From assembly GCA_036677065.1 (NCBI GenBank), contig JAKFBS010000003.1:320001-384000 (forward strand): a DNA stretch of 64,000 nucleotides, read 5' to 3'. This DNA is from Bdellovibrio sp. (GTDB taxonomy: Bacteria; Bdellovibrionota; Bdellovibrionia; Bdellovibrionales; Bdellovibrionaceae). The position numbers were made by a program, and so were the translations under genes. Shown here one piece after another: positions 26,822-36,100 of this stretch (position 1 is its first letter; the number at the start of each line of letters is the position of its first letter). Below the pieces are notes generated by a model. It was not told the DNA's origin and did not search any database. It saw only the letters and a program-made list of their open reading frames with translations.

Positions 26822-27559
26822 ATGAGATTTATTGTTTACACAGACGGCGCATGTTCAGGAAATCCAGGCCCTGGCGGCTGGGGAGCCATAGTAGGCTCTA
26901 TCGAAGGCAAAAACGTAGAGATTAAAGAGCTAGGTGATAGCGATTTAAAGACGACGAATAACAGAATGGAATTAGGCTCTGTACTAGCAGCGCTGATTTA
27001 TATCGATAAACACACGAATAACCCTGATTTTAGCATTCAAATCTACACAGATTCTGTCTATGTGATCAAAGGTATCACGCAGTGGGTGTTCGGCTGGAAA
27101 AAACGTGGCTGGAAAAACGCTGAAGGCGGGCCAGTGTTGAACCAGGATATCTGGGAAGCTTTAGATGCTATTACCTATAAATTGCAAAAAAAGATGGATC
27201 AGAAAATTAAATGGGATTACGTGCGCGGGCACCAAGGCACACCTGGTAATGAACGCTGTGATAAGATCGCTGTGGCTTTTTCTAAGAATGATTATGTCAA
27301 TCTGTACAGTGGTTCAGGTAAGAACTATTACTTTGATATTGCCGAAGTTCCCCCGACTGAAGAAATTAAAGAAAAAAGTTATACTAAGGCTGATAAGCCA
27401 AAAACACAGTGGTATATCGTTTTAAAAAACGGGGTGATCACCCGTTATAAAACTTGGTCTGAGTGTGAAGCCTCTGTGAAAGGGGCTCCAGGAGTCAAAT
27501 TCAAGAAGGTTACTTCTGATTCTGAAGAAGCCGACGTTCTTAAAGGCTGGGGAAGATAG
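26822..27559 (+). CDS. rnhA: Ribonuclease HI with C-terminal hybrid-binding (viroplasmin-like) domain
   Basis: VYTDGACSGNPGPGGWG, TTNNRMEL, YTDSVYV, GWKKRGWK and VRGHQG…NERCD; C-terminal YKTWSECEASVKG…KFKK. Start taken as ATG 26822. Confidence 0.92.
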   Translation: MRFIVYTDGACSGNPGPGGWGAIVGSIEGKNVEIKELGDSDLKTTNNRMELGSVLAALIYIDKHTNNPDFSIQIYTDSVYVIKGITQWVFGWKKRGWKNAEGGPVLNQDIWEALDAITYKLQKKMDQKIKWDYVRGHQGTPGNERCDKIAVAFSKNDYVNLYSGSGKNYYFDIAEVPPTEEIKEKSYTKADKPKTQWYIVLKNGVITRYKTWSECEASVKGAPGVKFKKVTSDSEEADVLKGWGR

Positions 27560-27610
27560 GCACATCGCCTCCAACACCTGCGATACAGCGTTGAAAATTT
27601 CTTTAGTGTA

Positions 27611-27626
27611 TATGATTTAAGTCATT
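27611..27626 (+). promoter_or_regulatory. Crp/Fnr-family-like binding site (copy 1)
   Basis: TATGA-TTTAAG-TCATT centred 42.5 bp upstream of ATG 27661, followed by extended -10 TG-C-GAATAT (27646-27654). Confidence 0.65.
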
Positions 27627-27660
27627 ATCGATTTAAAGACCGGCGTGCGAATATTCCGCC

Positions 27661-28623
27661 ATGAATATCGAATCTTCAATTCCAGAGTACGCAAAAAAAC
27701 TTGAATCGGGACATCCTATATTAACTTATATCGAAGAAAGCAGGTATCTGATTGATCTGTTAAACCAGCTTTCTAAAGTCGATATCATTAAAGATATCCA
27801 GCTTGCCTATAACTTATTTAATCAAATTGCCCGTGTCGATATTCGTTATACCAGAAAAGAAAATCAGTTGTTTCCTTACCTTGAAAAGCGGGGATGGTTT
27901 GGTCCAAGCCAAGGTATGTGGAGATTTCACGACGATAACCGCCAGCTTATCAAAGAAGTTCGCGCGATGCTCGAAGCAAAAGATACGGCTCGTTTGCAAG
28001 AGCGCATAGATACCTTGCTGGGCGAGATTCTTAGAATGATGAACGTCGAAGAATCAAGATTGTTTCCGATTGCTTTGGACATTCTACTTCCTGAAGACTG
28101 GGAACAAATGAAAGCCGGTGAAAGTGAAATCGGATGGATGCATAAAAAAGAAGAGAGTGAAACCGATTCTATTTCTCAGCAGGATCAAAATTCACAGCCT
28201 TCGCTGGCCGACGGTTTTTTAAAATTGTCAGAAGGAAAAATGACCTTAGAGCAAATCAACTTACTGCTTCAGGTAATGCCTTTTGACCTCACGTTTGTCG
28301 ACGAAAATGATAAGGTCGCCTTTTACAACAGAGGCGAAGAGCGAGTGTTTCCCCGAAGTGCGGGTGTTATTGGCCGCGAGGTTCGCTTCTGCCATCCACC
28401 CAAAAGCGTGGATGCAGTGCTTAGAATTTTGGAAGAGTTTAAAGCGGGCCGAAAAGATGTGGCCGATTTTTGGATCAATTACCGCGAACGCACAATACAT
28501 ATAAGATATTTCGCAGTTCGAGACAAAAACAAAGTCTACCGCGGTGTCATCGAGGTCTCGCAGGATGTGACTGAAATTAAAAAACTGGAAGGTGAAAAAA
28601 GATTATTAAATTGGGAAGAGTGA
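27661..28623 (+). CDS. Hemerythrin-like plus PAS (PAS_10) protein, DUF438 family
   Basis: GHPILTY…RKENQLFPYLEKRG…PSQGMWRFHD…EESRLFP; C-terminal TFVDENDKV…R.FPRS…IGREV..CHPPKS. Confidence 0.88.
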   Translation: MNIESSIPEYAKKLESGHPILTYIEESRYLIDLLNQLSKVDIIKDIQLAYNLFNQIARVDIRYTRKENQLFPYLEKRGWFGPSQGMWRFHDDNRQLIKEVRAMLEAKDTARLQERIDTLLGEILRMMNVEESRLFPIALDILLPEDWEQMKAGESEIGWMHKKEESETDSISQQDQNSQPSLADGFLKLSEGKMTLEQINLLLQVMPFDLTFVDENDKVAFYNRGEERVFPRSAGVIGREVRFCHPPKSVDAVLRILEEFKAGRKDVADFWINYRERTIHIRYFAVRDKNKVYRGVIEVSQDVTEIKKLEGEKRLLNWEE

Positions 28624-29648
28624 TGGATAAAAAAATCAGGATTTGGTATACCGGGCTTATAGCTCTCGTGCTTTTGATGATTTCAGTTGGCGGCGCAACT
28701 CGGTTAACTGAATCAGGGCTTTCAATTGCCGAGTGGAAGCCTATTACCGGAATCATACCACCTCTGACCGAAAAAGACTGGCTTGAAGAGTTCGGAAAAT
28801 ACAAGCTGACTCCGCAGTACGTGGTGATTAATTCCCAAATGGATCTTTCACAATATAAGTCTATCTATTATTGGGAGTACGGCCACCGGTTGCTCGGAAG
28901 ACTAATTTTTTTATATGTCTTGCTTCCGGGATTATTTTTTTTGCGCCGAAAAAAAGTTTCGCCGTTTAATTTTTCAGTCCTTCTGGCATTGATCGCTTTT
29001 CAAGGAGCAATGGGTTGGGTCATGGTCAAAAGCGGTTTGGTTAAAGAACCTCAGGTCAGCACCTATCTTTTAGCGGTTCATTATTTTTTGGCACTGGCTC
29101 TGCTGGTTTACACATTCTACTTACTTTGTGCATACAGAGAACCTATTTACTTTAAGAAAAAACATGAAACACTCTTTCTAGCTCAGGCCGTTGGTATTTT
29201 GTTAGGTTTACAAATATTTTATGGCTGCCTGATGAGCGGGTTAAGAGCCGGTTACATGTCAGATACGTTTCCACTGATGAGTGGGCATTTCGTGCCAGAC
29301 CATCTGTTTGGTTTAACTCCAGTTTACGTCAACTTCACAAAAAATCCGCTCCTGGTGCATTGGATACACCGGTGGTTAGGTGTTACCGCTGCGGCTTTAA
29401 TTATAATGTATTCTATTTCGGGTTTTACAAGAGCGACGCAACAAAGCCGCGGGCCTTTTATTCATTTATTAGGAATCACACTTTTCCAGATTTTATTGGG
29501 AATTATATTAGTTATTTTTCATGTTCCAAAAATTGGAGCTGTCTCTCATCAAGTCATTGCTGCTCTAATCGTCCTGGGATTTTGTAATATTCTTTTCAGA
29601 AGTAAAATGAGTGAAAGTAATGGCGCATATGACTTAAATCATAAGTAA
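28623..29648 (+). CDS. ctaA: Heme A synthase (COX15/CtaA, type 2)
   Basis: GGATRLTESGLSIAEWKP, YYWEYGHRLLGR, QGAMGWVMVKSGL, LAVH, HWIHR and HQ motifs; TGATG overlap supports the 28623 start. Confidence 0.92.
   Translation: MDKKIRIWYTGLIALVLLMISVGGATRLTESGLSIAEWKPITGIIPPLTEKDWLEEFGKYKLTPQYVVINSQMDLSQYKSIYYWEYGHRLLGRLIFLYVLLPGLFFLRRKKVSPFNFSVLLALIAFQGAMGWVMVKSGLVKEPQVSTYLLAVHYFLALALLVYTFYLLCAYREPIYFKKKHETLFLAQAVGILLGLQIFYGCLMSGLRAGYMSDTFPLMSGHFVPDHLFGLTPVYVNFTKNPLLVHWIHRWLGVTAAALIIMYSISGFTRATQQSRGPFIHLLGITLFQILLGIILVIFHVPKIGAVSHQVIAALIVLGFCNILFRSKMSESNGAYDLNHK
29628..29643 (+). promoter_or_regulatory. Crp/Fnr-family-like binding site (copy 2)
   Basis: TATGA-CTTAAA-TCATA. Its inner 14 bp is the exact reverse complement of copy 1; centred 43.5 bp upstream of ATG 29679, with -10 TATTAT at 29666-29671. 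Confidence 0.65.
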
Positions 29649-29678
29649 AAATGCTCGTTGTTATCTATTATAGCTATT

Positions 29679-30173
29679 ATGGATAGAACTAGCGAATATC
29701 AAAAAAAGAGTAACGAAGAGTTGGTTGATTTACTTCTCAATCGTTACCATAAAAAATTAAATTATGACATTTTAACAATTACGCCGTTGTTTGAGCGGGT
29801 GGTTAATGTTCATGGCAACAGACATAATACATTGGCCGCAGCCAAAAGTTTATTTGATAAAGTCGTCGCCCATTTACAGTTTCATGTTACTAAAGAGGAG
29901 CAAATACTTTTTCCCGCATTTGTGCAATTGAGTGATTTAAATCAAATCAAGGCTCTTAAGGGGCCAATTAATTGCATGCGCTCTGATCATCAGCATGACG
30001 ACGAAGATCTTAACCAACTGAAAATTTTAATGAATGATTTTGTTCCCCCGTCGGGAGCGTGCCAGTCTTATCAAAAATTAATGGTTCTGCTTCGCGAATT
30101 TAGCGAAGACACCTTTGAACATATGCAAATAGAAAACGAAATACTTTTTCCCCGATTTGAAGTCGAGGGCTAG
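29679..30173 (+). CDS. Di-iron hemerythrin protein, RIC/YtfE/DnrN-like, lacking the N-terminal ScdA_N domain
   Basis: RYH, VHG, HVTKEEQILFP, GPINCMRSDH, PPSGACQSY and EHMQIENEILFP motifs. Confidence 0.85.
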   Translation: MDRTSEYQKKSNEELVDLLLNRYHKKLNYDILTITPLFERVVNVHGNRHNTLAAAKSLFDKVVAHLQFHVTKEEQILFPAFVQLSDLNQIKALKGPINCMRSDHQHDDEDLNQLKILMNDFVPPSGACQSYQKLMVLLREFSEDTFEHMQIENEILFPRFEVEG

Positions 30174-30198
30174 GTTTTTATTTTAGAGAAAGATTTTT

Positions 30199-30321
30199 AT
30201 GAAAGATGTAGTGATTAGCGTCGGAATTGGTTTCGGACTTGTAGCAGCAGCGGCCTTAGGAATTTACGGGGCCACATTTTTAATGTGTGGCATGTTTCTG
30301 CTAGGCGGTTTCTCCGGCTAA
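30199..30321 (+). CDS. Unannotated 40-aa hydrophobic membrane peptide
   Basis: MKDVVISVGIGFGLVAAAALGIYGATFLMCGMFLLGGFSG*. It fills the intergenic gap, and its TAA overlaps the next ATG (TAATG at 30319-30323). Confidence 0.65.
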   Translation: MKDVVISVGIGFGLVAAAALGIYGATFLMCGMFLLGGFSG

Positions 30322-31667
30322 TGCAAAAAGCTGAGCCCATTAAAGATCTTGCATTGAAGTACTTAATACTGAGCTTCACGTTATTTATTTTTGCTGCCGT
30401 CTTAGCCTTGATCTTTAAAATCATTCAGCTTCTGGCTTTAACTTCCATACCGCCGGTATACAGCTTTTATAACCGTGCACTCACGATGCATGGCCTGTTC
30501 ATGATGTCGGGTTTTTTGCCGCCGGTCTTTCATGCCGGTTTTGGCTATTTAGTTTTTGGTCAAAAATTTTTTCATAAGCAGCGGTATTTCTTAGAAATTG
30601 GAACTGCAGGTTTTTTATTGCATTCAACGGGGCTTGTTGCGGTTCTTGTGGGAATGTTTACCGCAGAATTTATTTCAGGCTGGCTGATCCCGTGGAGTGA
30701 AGTTCAAGGAGCGGGCGTATCTGGCTTTTTGTTTTTCAGCGGTTTGATTTTACTGCAGCTGTCTCGCATCACCGATTCAGTAAATTTACTTACATTATGG
30801 TTAAAGCCTGAAAGCCGAAGTGAAGTTATTCAGTCTCCTTTTGCTTGGGCCTTGATGACAGTAAGCTTTGTTTACCTTTTGTCGCTGATAATTCTTCCGC
30901 TGTTGGTTTTTGGTTCTCAGCTCAATCGCGAATGGGTCGATCTTTACAATTTACTGTTACGTCCCTCCGTGTATCTTATGGCTCCTTTGGGACTTGGCTT
31001 AATTCTTGAAATTGTGAACGAACATCGGCCTTTAACGAAAACTATTTTGGCTCAGGCGAAAATTTGTTTCATAATCGTGGGACTACTGGCTATGTTGAAA
31101 TGCGTTTTTACGCTTCTAAACTATTTTCGCCAGGATTTGAATCTGGCACTTTATTCCGACAGCCTTATGGGATTGTTGTCTGTGCCTCTTGTCGGTTTAA
31201 TTGTTATCGTATTGAAGGTTTGGCCTTGGTGTGCGTGGCGGGCATTCGCATTAACGGCGATGATTCAATTGCTACTTGTGCTGATTTCATTGGGCACGAT
31301 AACGGGCCTTTATCATCTGATGACGGCCTCTGGGCAACTAGAGCGTTCAACTTATTTTTTAGTGGGTCATTTTCACACGATTTTATTTGGCACGAATCTT
31401 ATTGCAGCCGTGCTGGCTGTTCTTCACCTTAGTTTAAAACAAAAATCAACTATGTGGGTGCGGATCTTTATTGGAGGTACGCTAATTTTTATTTTTTCGC
31501 TTTATGCCATGGGATGGTTAAAAGTCTATCGCCATCAAAGTCAAATTCTCATCACCGATGTGGCTTGGATATTTGGTTTTCTGTCTTTTTTTGGGGGGCT
31601 GTGTATTGTCGTCGCTTTGAGCGGGATTCTATTCGGCTTTTTTAGCTCTAGGATGAAAGCTCAATAA
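30321..31667 (+). CDS. Divergent heme-copper oxidase subunit I homolog lacking CuB ligands
   Basis: About 12 TM helices collinear with A-type CoxI: KDLALKY, YNRALTMHG, AGFG, SGW, PFAW, RPSVY (for HPEVY), GTITG and TYFLVGHFH; no WxHH. Confidence 0.75.
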   Translation: MQKAEPIKDLALKYLILSFTLFIFAAVLALIFKIIQLLALTSIPPVYSFYNRALTMHGLFMMSGFLPPVFHAGFGYLVFGQKFFHKQRYFLEIGTAGFLLHSTGLVAVLVGMFTAEFISGWLIPWSEVQGAGVSGFLFFSGLILLQLSRITDSVNLLTLWLKPESRSEVIQSPFAWALMTVSFVYLLSLIILPLLVFGSQLNREWVDLYNLLLRPSVYLMAPLGLGLILEIVNEHRPLTKTILAQAKICFIIVGLLAMLKCVFTLLNYFRQDLNLALYSDSLMGLLSVPLVGLIVIVLKVWPWCAWRAFALTAMIQLLLVLISLGTITGLYHLMTASGQLERSTYFLVGHFHTILFGTNLIAAVLAVLHLSLKQKSTMWVRIFIGGTLIFIFSLYAMGWLKVYRHQSQILITDVAWIFGFLSFFGGLCIVVALSGILFGFFSSRMKAQ

Positions 31668-31674
31668 TATTCTT

Positions 31675-33081
31675 TTAGTTAACTAAGTTTTGGTATTCGA
31701 TCAACGTCGTCGCGTAAGCACCTAAAGCGTTGATCGCGGCCACTTCTGCTTGGATCTTTTTATTAAAAGCATCGATTAAAAAGTTGATATCGGTGCGGCC
31801 CTGAAAGTACGTTACATTTAACTGTTTTACAGCTTCATTGCGGTACTTCATCACATTCTGAGTTGTTTGCAGATTTAAATAAGCATTTTCAAGTCTTTGT
31901 CTGGTGTTTACGATTTGTAATTTTAAATCTTCTTCTACGCGTGAAAAGCGTGCGACTTCTATATCCTGTGTAGCGCGACGTAACTGTTGTTCGGCTTCAG
32001 CTAAATCATCACCAAAGAAATAATTTAATTTTACGCCGACGATATATTTGTCTGTAGGTTCGTCTCTTAGTTCTTTAAAAGAATCTGATTGATCGGGCTC
32101 TAAGCCTTGGCCGGTGTATTTACCATAAACACTCAATTGCGGAACATCGTCAAAACGGGTGGCTTCATAATTACCAATAGCTGCTTCAGTTTTTAATTTT
32201 TGAACTTTATAACGGCGAAGTGTTTTTATATCGCCAGTGAATTTTGCTGGCAACGGTTGAACTTTGTTCGCTGGTGCGACCATTTTGACTTCTTGATCTG
32301 CCGGAATATTTAAAGCTGTTTTTAATTGCTGTAAGTTTGTCAGTAAAGTGTTGCGGTCTTCTAAGAAAGTCTGTTTGCGGGTTTCGTATTCAGCAAGCGC
32401 TTGCTCAACTTCGCCGGCACTGGCGTAGCTGTTTTTTCTTTTGCTGCGAACATTTGAAACCAAGCGGTCATATTTTTTTAAAAGATCTTCGTTTTCCTGA
32501 ACTGATTTCTGGCTGGCCTGTACGCGCCAGTACAAAGCTAAAATTTCTTTAGTTGCATCTAGCAGATCAATGTCTGTTTGCAGACGAGTACGTTCGACAT
32601 CAGTTTCAGCGGCTTTAAGAGCCTGCATTTCGCCATTCGAATATAAATACGGAAATAAATTTTGCTCTAAACCAAAAGCATAATAGTTTTGCGCATACTC
32701 TGCAGTACTTGCATCGTATTCAAGATTCGTCAGTTCTAAGCTAGTCGCTGTGCCAGTTTGAAAGCGTTTATTTATAATTAGAGTAGTTTTTGTTTTGCCT
32801 GAATCATTAGGTAAAAATGTTGAAGTCGATTCTGTCTTATCTTTTTCTAATGAATAATCAAAGTTGAAACCTAAACGATAGGCTCCGTTTAATATTTGGT
32901 AGTTAAACTGACTAGAAAGATTTCTATTTACAATCTCTTTGTAGTTAATGCTCTGAGATTGCACCAGACGAATAACATCAGCATCGCTGAGTTGTAGAGG
33001 AGAGGTATCTGACATAGCGGGTTGTGAAACGAAACACAATATCGACAAAGCCATTATTCGGACATAGGATTTATTCATCAT
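31675..33081 (-). CDS. TolC-family outer-membrane efflux protein
   Basis: Signal peptide and two OEP-like repeats (…ILALYWRV…; PQLSVYGKY…YIVGVKLNY…YFQGRTDI..LIDA). Start uncertain (33081, 33078 or 33054). Confidence 0.8.
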   Translation of the reverse strand: MMNKSYVRIMALSILCFVSQPAMSDTSPLQLSDADVIRLVQSQSINYKEIVNRNLSSQFNYQILNGAYRLGFNFDYSLEKDKTESTSTFLPNDSGKTKTTLIINKRFQTGTATSLELTNLEYDASTAEYAQNYYAFGLEQNLFPYLYSNGEMQALKAAETDVERTRLQTDIDLLDATKEILALYWRVQASQKSVQENEDLLKKYDRLVSNVRSKRKNSYASAGEVEQALAEYETRKQTFLEDRNTLLTNLQQLKTALNIPADQEVKMVAPANKVQPLPAKFTGDIKTLRRYKVQKLKTEAAIGNYEATRFDDVPQLSVYGKYTGQGLEPDQSDSFKELRDEPTDKYIVGVKLNYFFGDDLAEAEQQLRRATQDIEVARFSRVEEDLKLQIVNTRQRLENAYLNLQTTQNVMKYRNEAVKQLNVTYFQGRTDINFLIDAFNKKIQAEVAAINALGAYATTLIEYQNLVN

Positions 33082-33111
33082 AGTTATACACATACAGTCT
33101 TGGAGCTTAGC

Positions 33112-36100
33112 ATGCGAATTTCTGATATCTCAATTAAAAATCCAGTTATGGCATGGATGATCATGGCCTTTCTGATGGTGTTCGGTGCGATCTCCTTTTC
33201 ACGCATGGGAATCAGCCAATTTCCTGATGTAGATTTTCCGTCAGTGAATGTTTCTATTTCGTTACCGGGAGCTTCGCCTGAAGTGATCGAAGCTAATATT
33301 GTTGAGCCGGTAGAAGACGTGCTGACGACTCTTGAAGGTATTAAAGGTTTATCGTCATCAAGTCGCAGTGGTGTTGGTAACATTTCTGTCGAGTTTGACT
33401 TAGATCGCGGTATTGATGCTGCTTTACAAGAAGTGCAAACTAAAGTTTCACTGGCGCAAAGACGACTTCCAAAAGATGCCGAGTCTCCAATTATCACTAA
33501 GTCAAATCCAGACGATCAGCCGATCATCTGGTTGGCAGTAACTACCGATTCAGGCGATCGCCGTGAATTAATGAAATACACGCAAGAATACTTAAAAGAT
33601 CAGTTCACTTCAGTCTTGGGTGTGGGTGATGTGATTTTAGGTGGCTTTACTGACCCGATTTTAAAAGTGCAGGTGATTCCAGAAAAATTAAATCGCTATA
33701 ATATTACTGTGCTTGATGTGATTAATACGATTCAGGCAGAACACAGCGAGCTTCCGGGTGGCCAGGTTGATGATAGCAAATTTGTATTTAACGTTCGTGT
33801 AAAAGGTGAAGCCAAAACTTTAGAAGAGTTTCGTAGCATCATCGTTTCAAAACGCGCAGGGCAAACGGTTGCAGATCCATCGCTAAGAGTACGTCTATCA
33901 GATGTTGCAGATATTCAGTTGGCCTTAGCTGATGATAAACGTTTTTCACGCTTTAATGAAAAACTGGCTGTCGGTATCGGGATCAAAAAACAACGTGGTA
34001 CGAATGCGGTAGCTGTTGCCCGTGCAGTTAAAGCACGCATGGAAGACATGAAAAAGACTCTTCAGCCGGGTTATCATTTAAGTGTAAACTTTGATACCAC
34101 ACGGTTTATCGAGCGCTCGATTGCAGAATTGAATAAACATTTATTAATGGCCGTTATTTTAACAGCTTTTGTCTGCTGGTTGTTCTTAGGCAGTTTCACC
34201 GCGACGATTAACGTGCTGTTGTCGATTCCAACATCAATTCTTGGAACTTTCATTGCGTTATATTTTTTAGGTTTTACTTTAAATACGTTCACACTTTTAG
34301 GTTTAACTTTAGCGATTGGTATCGTGGTCGATGATGCGATCATGGTGTTAGAAAATATTTTTAGGTATAATGAAAAAGGTAAAAACCAAATCGAATCGGC
34401 CATCATCGGCGCGCGTGAAATCACGTTCGCAGCGATTGCAGCCACTGCTGCAGTTATCGCGATCTTCTTGCCGGTGGCCTTTATGGAAGGCGTGGTTGGT
34501 AAGTTCTTCTTACAATTCGGGATCACGATTTCATTTGCGGTGTTTTTATCACTGATCGAAGCCTTAACGATCACGCCAATGCGTTGTGCTTCTTTCGTAC
34601 AGCATTCACACCGCACAACTAGAATCGGTAAAGCTTTTGATGTGTTTTTTGAAAATTTAACCAACAGCTACCGTAAATCATTAATTTGGTCGGTAAATCA
34701 TAAGTGGAAAGTCTTCGGCAGTTCTGTTGTTATTATGCTGTTATGTTTTGTGTTAGTGAAATTTATCCCAAAAGAATTCACTCCAGCGCAAGAATCAGGT
34801 TTATTAATGACTCGGATTAATTTACCAACCGGAACTGCTTTTGCAGTCACGAACGAGGCCACAAAAAAAGTTGAAAGACACTTGCTTGAAGATCCCAATG
34901 TTTTACAAGTTTTTACAAGTGTCGGTGGATTTTCGGGTTCTGGGGCCGATACCAATACTGCGATGATGTTTGTATCATTAAAACCAAAAGCTGAACGAAC
35001 GATGTCGCAGGCAGATTTTGTTAAAAAAACTCGTGAAGATCTTAAGCAATACGTAAAAGGCCGGGTGTCGATGCAAGATCCATCGGCGCGTGGCTTCGGC
35101 GGCGGCGGCCGTGGTTTTCCGGTCGAGTTCGTCATCAAAGGCCCTGAATGGGAAGACTTATCAGCTCAAGCCGATAAAATCATGGAAGACATGAAAGCCA
35201 GTGGTTTAATGACAGACGTTGATACCAACTTGTTACAAGGGCTTCCTGAAATTCAAATTGTGCCAGATCGTGATCGCGCAACGGCAACTGGTGTGAGTGT
35301 GAATAGCGTAGCTAGTACGATCAACGCCATGATCGGCGGCGTGCGCGTCGGTCAGTACGCCGATGGCGGTAAACGCTATGATATTCGTGTTGATTTGCAA
35401 AAAACCGACGATCAAATCAGAGATCTAGAAAAACTATCTATTTCAAATTCAAAAGGTAATTTGTTGCCCCTTTCAAGAATCGTTCAGTTTAATAAAGCAA
35501 AAACTCTGCAGCAAATTAATCGCGATAACCGCTTACGTTCAATTTCGATTTATGCCAATTTAGAAAAAGGCGTAAAAACAGAACAAGCGATGAGTTTTGT
35601 GCGCGAAAAAGCTAAAGGCTTAAAACAACGCTACTTCATCGAAGAATTCGGGACGTCGAAGGCCCAAAAAGATTCGTTCGCTGGTTTAGCTTTAGCCTTG
35701 GTGTTAGGTTTAGTTGTGGCTTACATGATTTTAGCAGCACAATTTAATTCATTCATCGATCCGGTCACGATCTTAATGGCCTTACCATACAGTATTGCGG
35801 GCGCGTTCATCGGCTTATTTATCACCGGACAAAGTTTAAATATTTATTCAATGATCGGGGTGTTATTACTGATGGGCATCGTGAAAAAGAATTCGATCTT
35901 GCTGGTCGAATTCGCCAATGGCGTGCGTGATCGTAAAGCCGGTAACGAAACCCCAGAAAATGCCATGATCGAAGCCGGGCCAACGCGTCTTCGCCCGATT
36001 CTTATGACATCGTTTGCAACAGTTGCAGGGGCGATTCCAACAGCGATTGCCCGCGGTGAGGGTGCCGAGCTAACGCGTTCTATGGCCGTCACAATTATTT

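Noticed and set aside
30285..30320. Upstream GTG start for the CoxI paralog, and antisense ORF 30215-30424
   Set aside because: The region is better explained by the 40-aa ORF and its TAATG coupling at 30321.
27560..31675. Mobile-element boundaries around the redox cassette
   Set aside because: No transposase, integrase, tRNA, terminal inverted repeat or flanking direct repeat was visible; horizontal origin cannot be shown by eye.
33084..36092. Long antisense ORFs (137, 196, 146 and 82 aa) inside the RND gene
   Set aside because: In-register shadow frames of a well-conserved gene, with no motifs or RBS.
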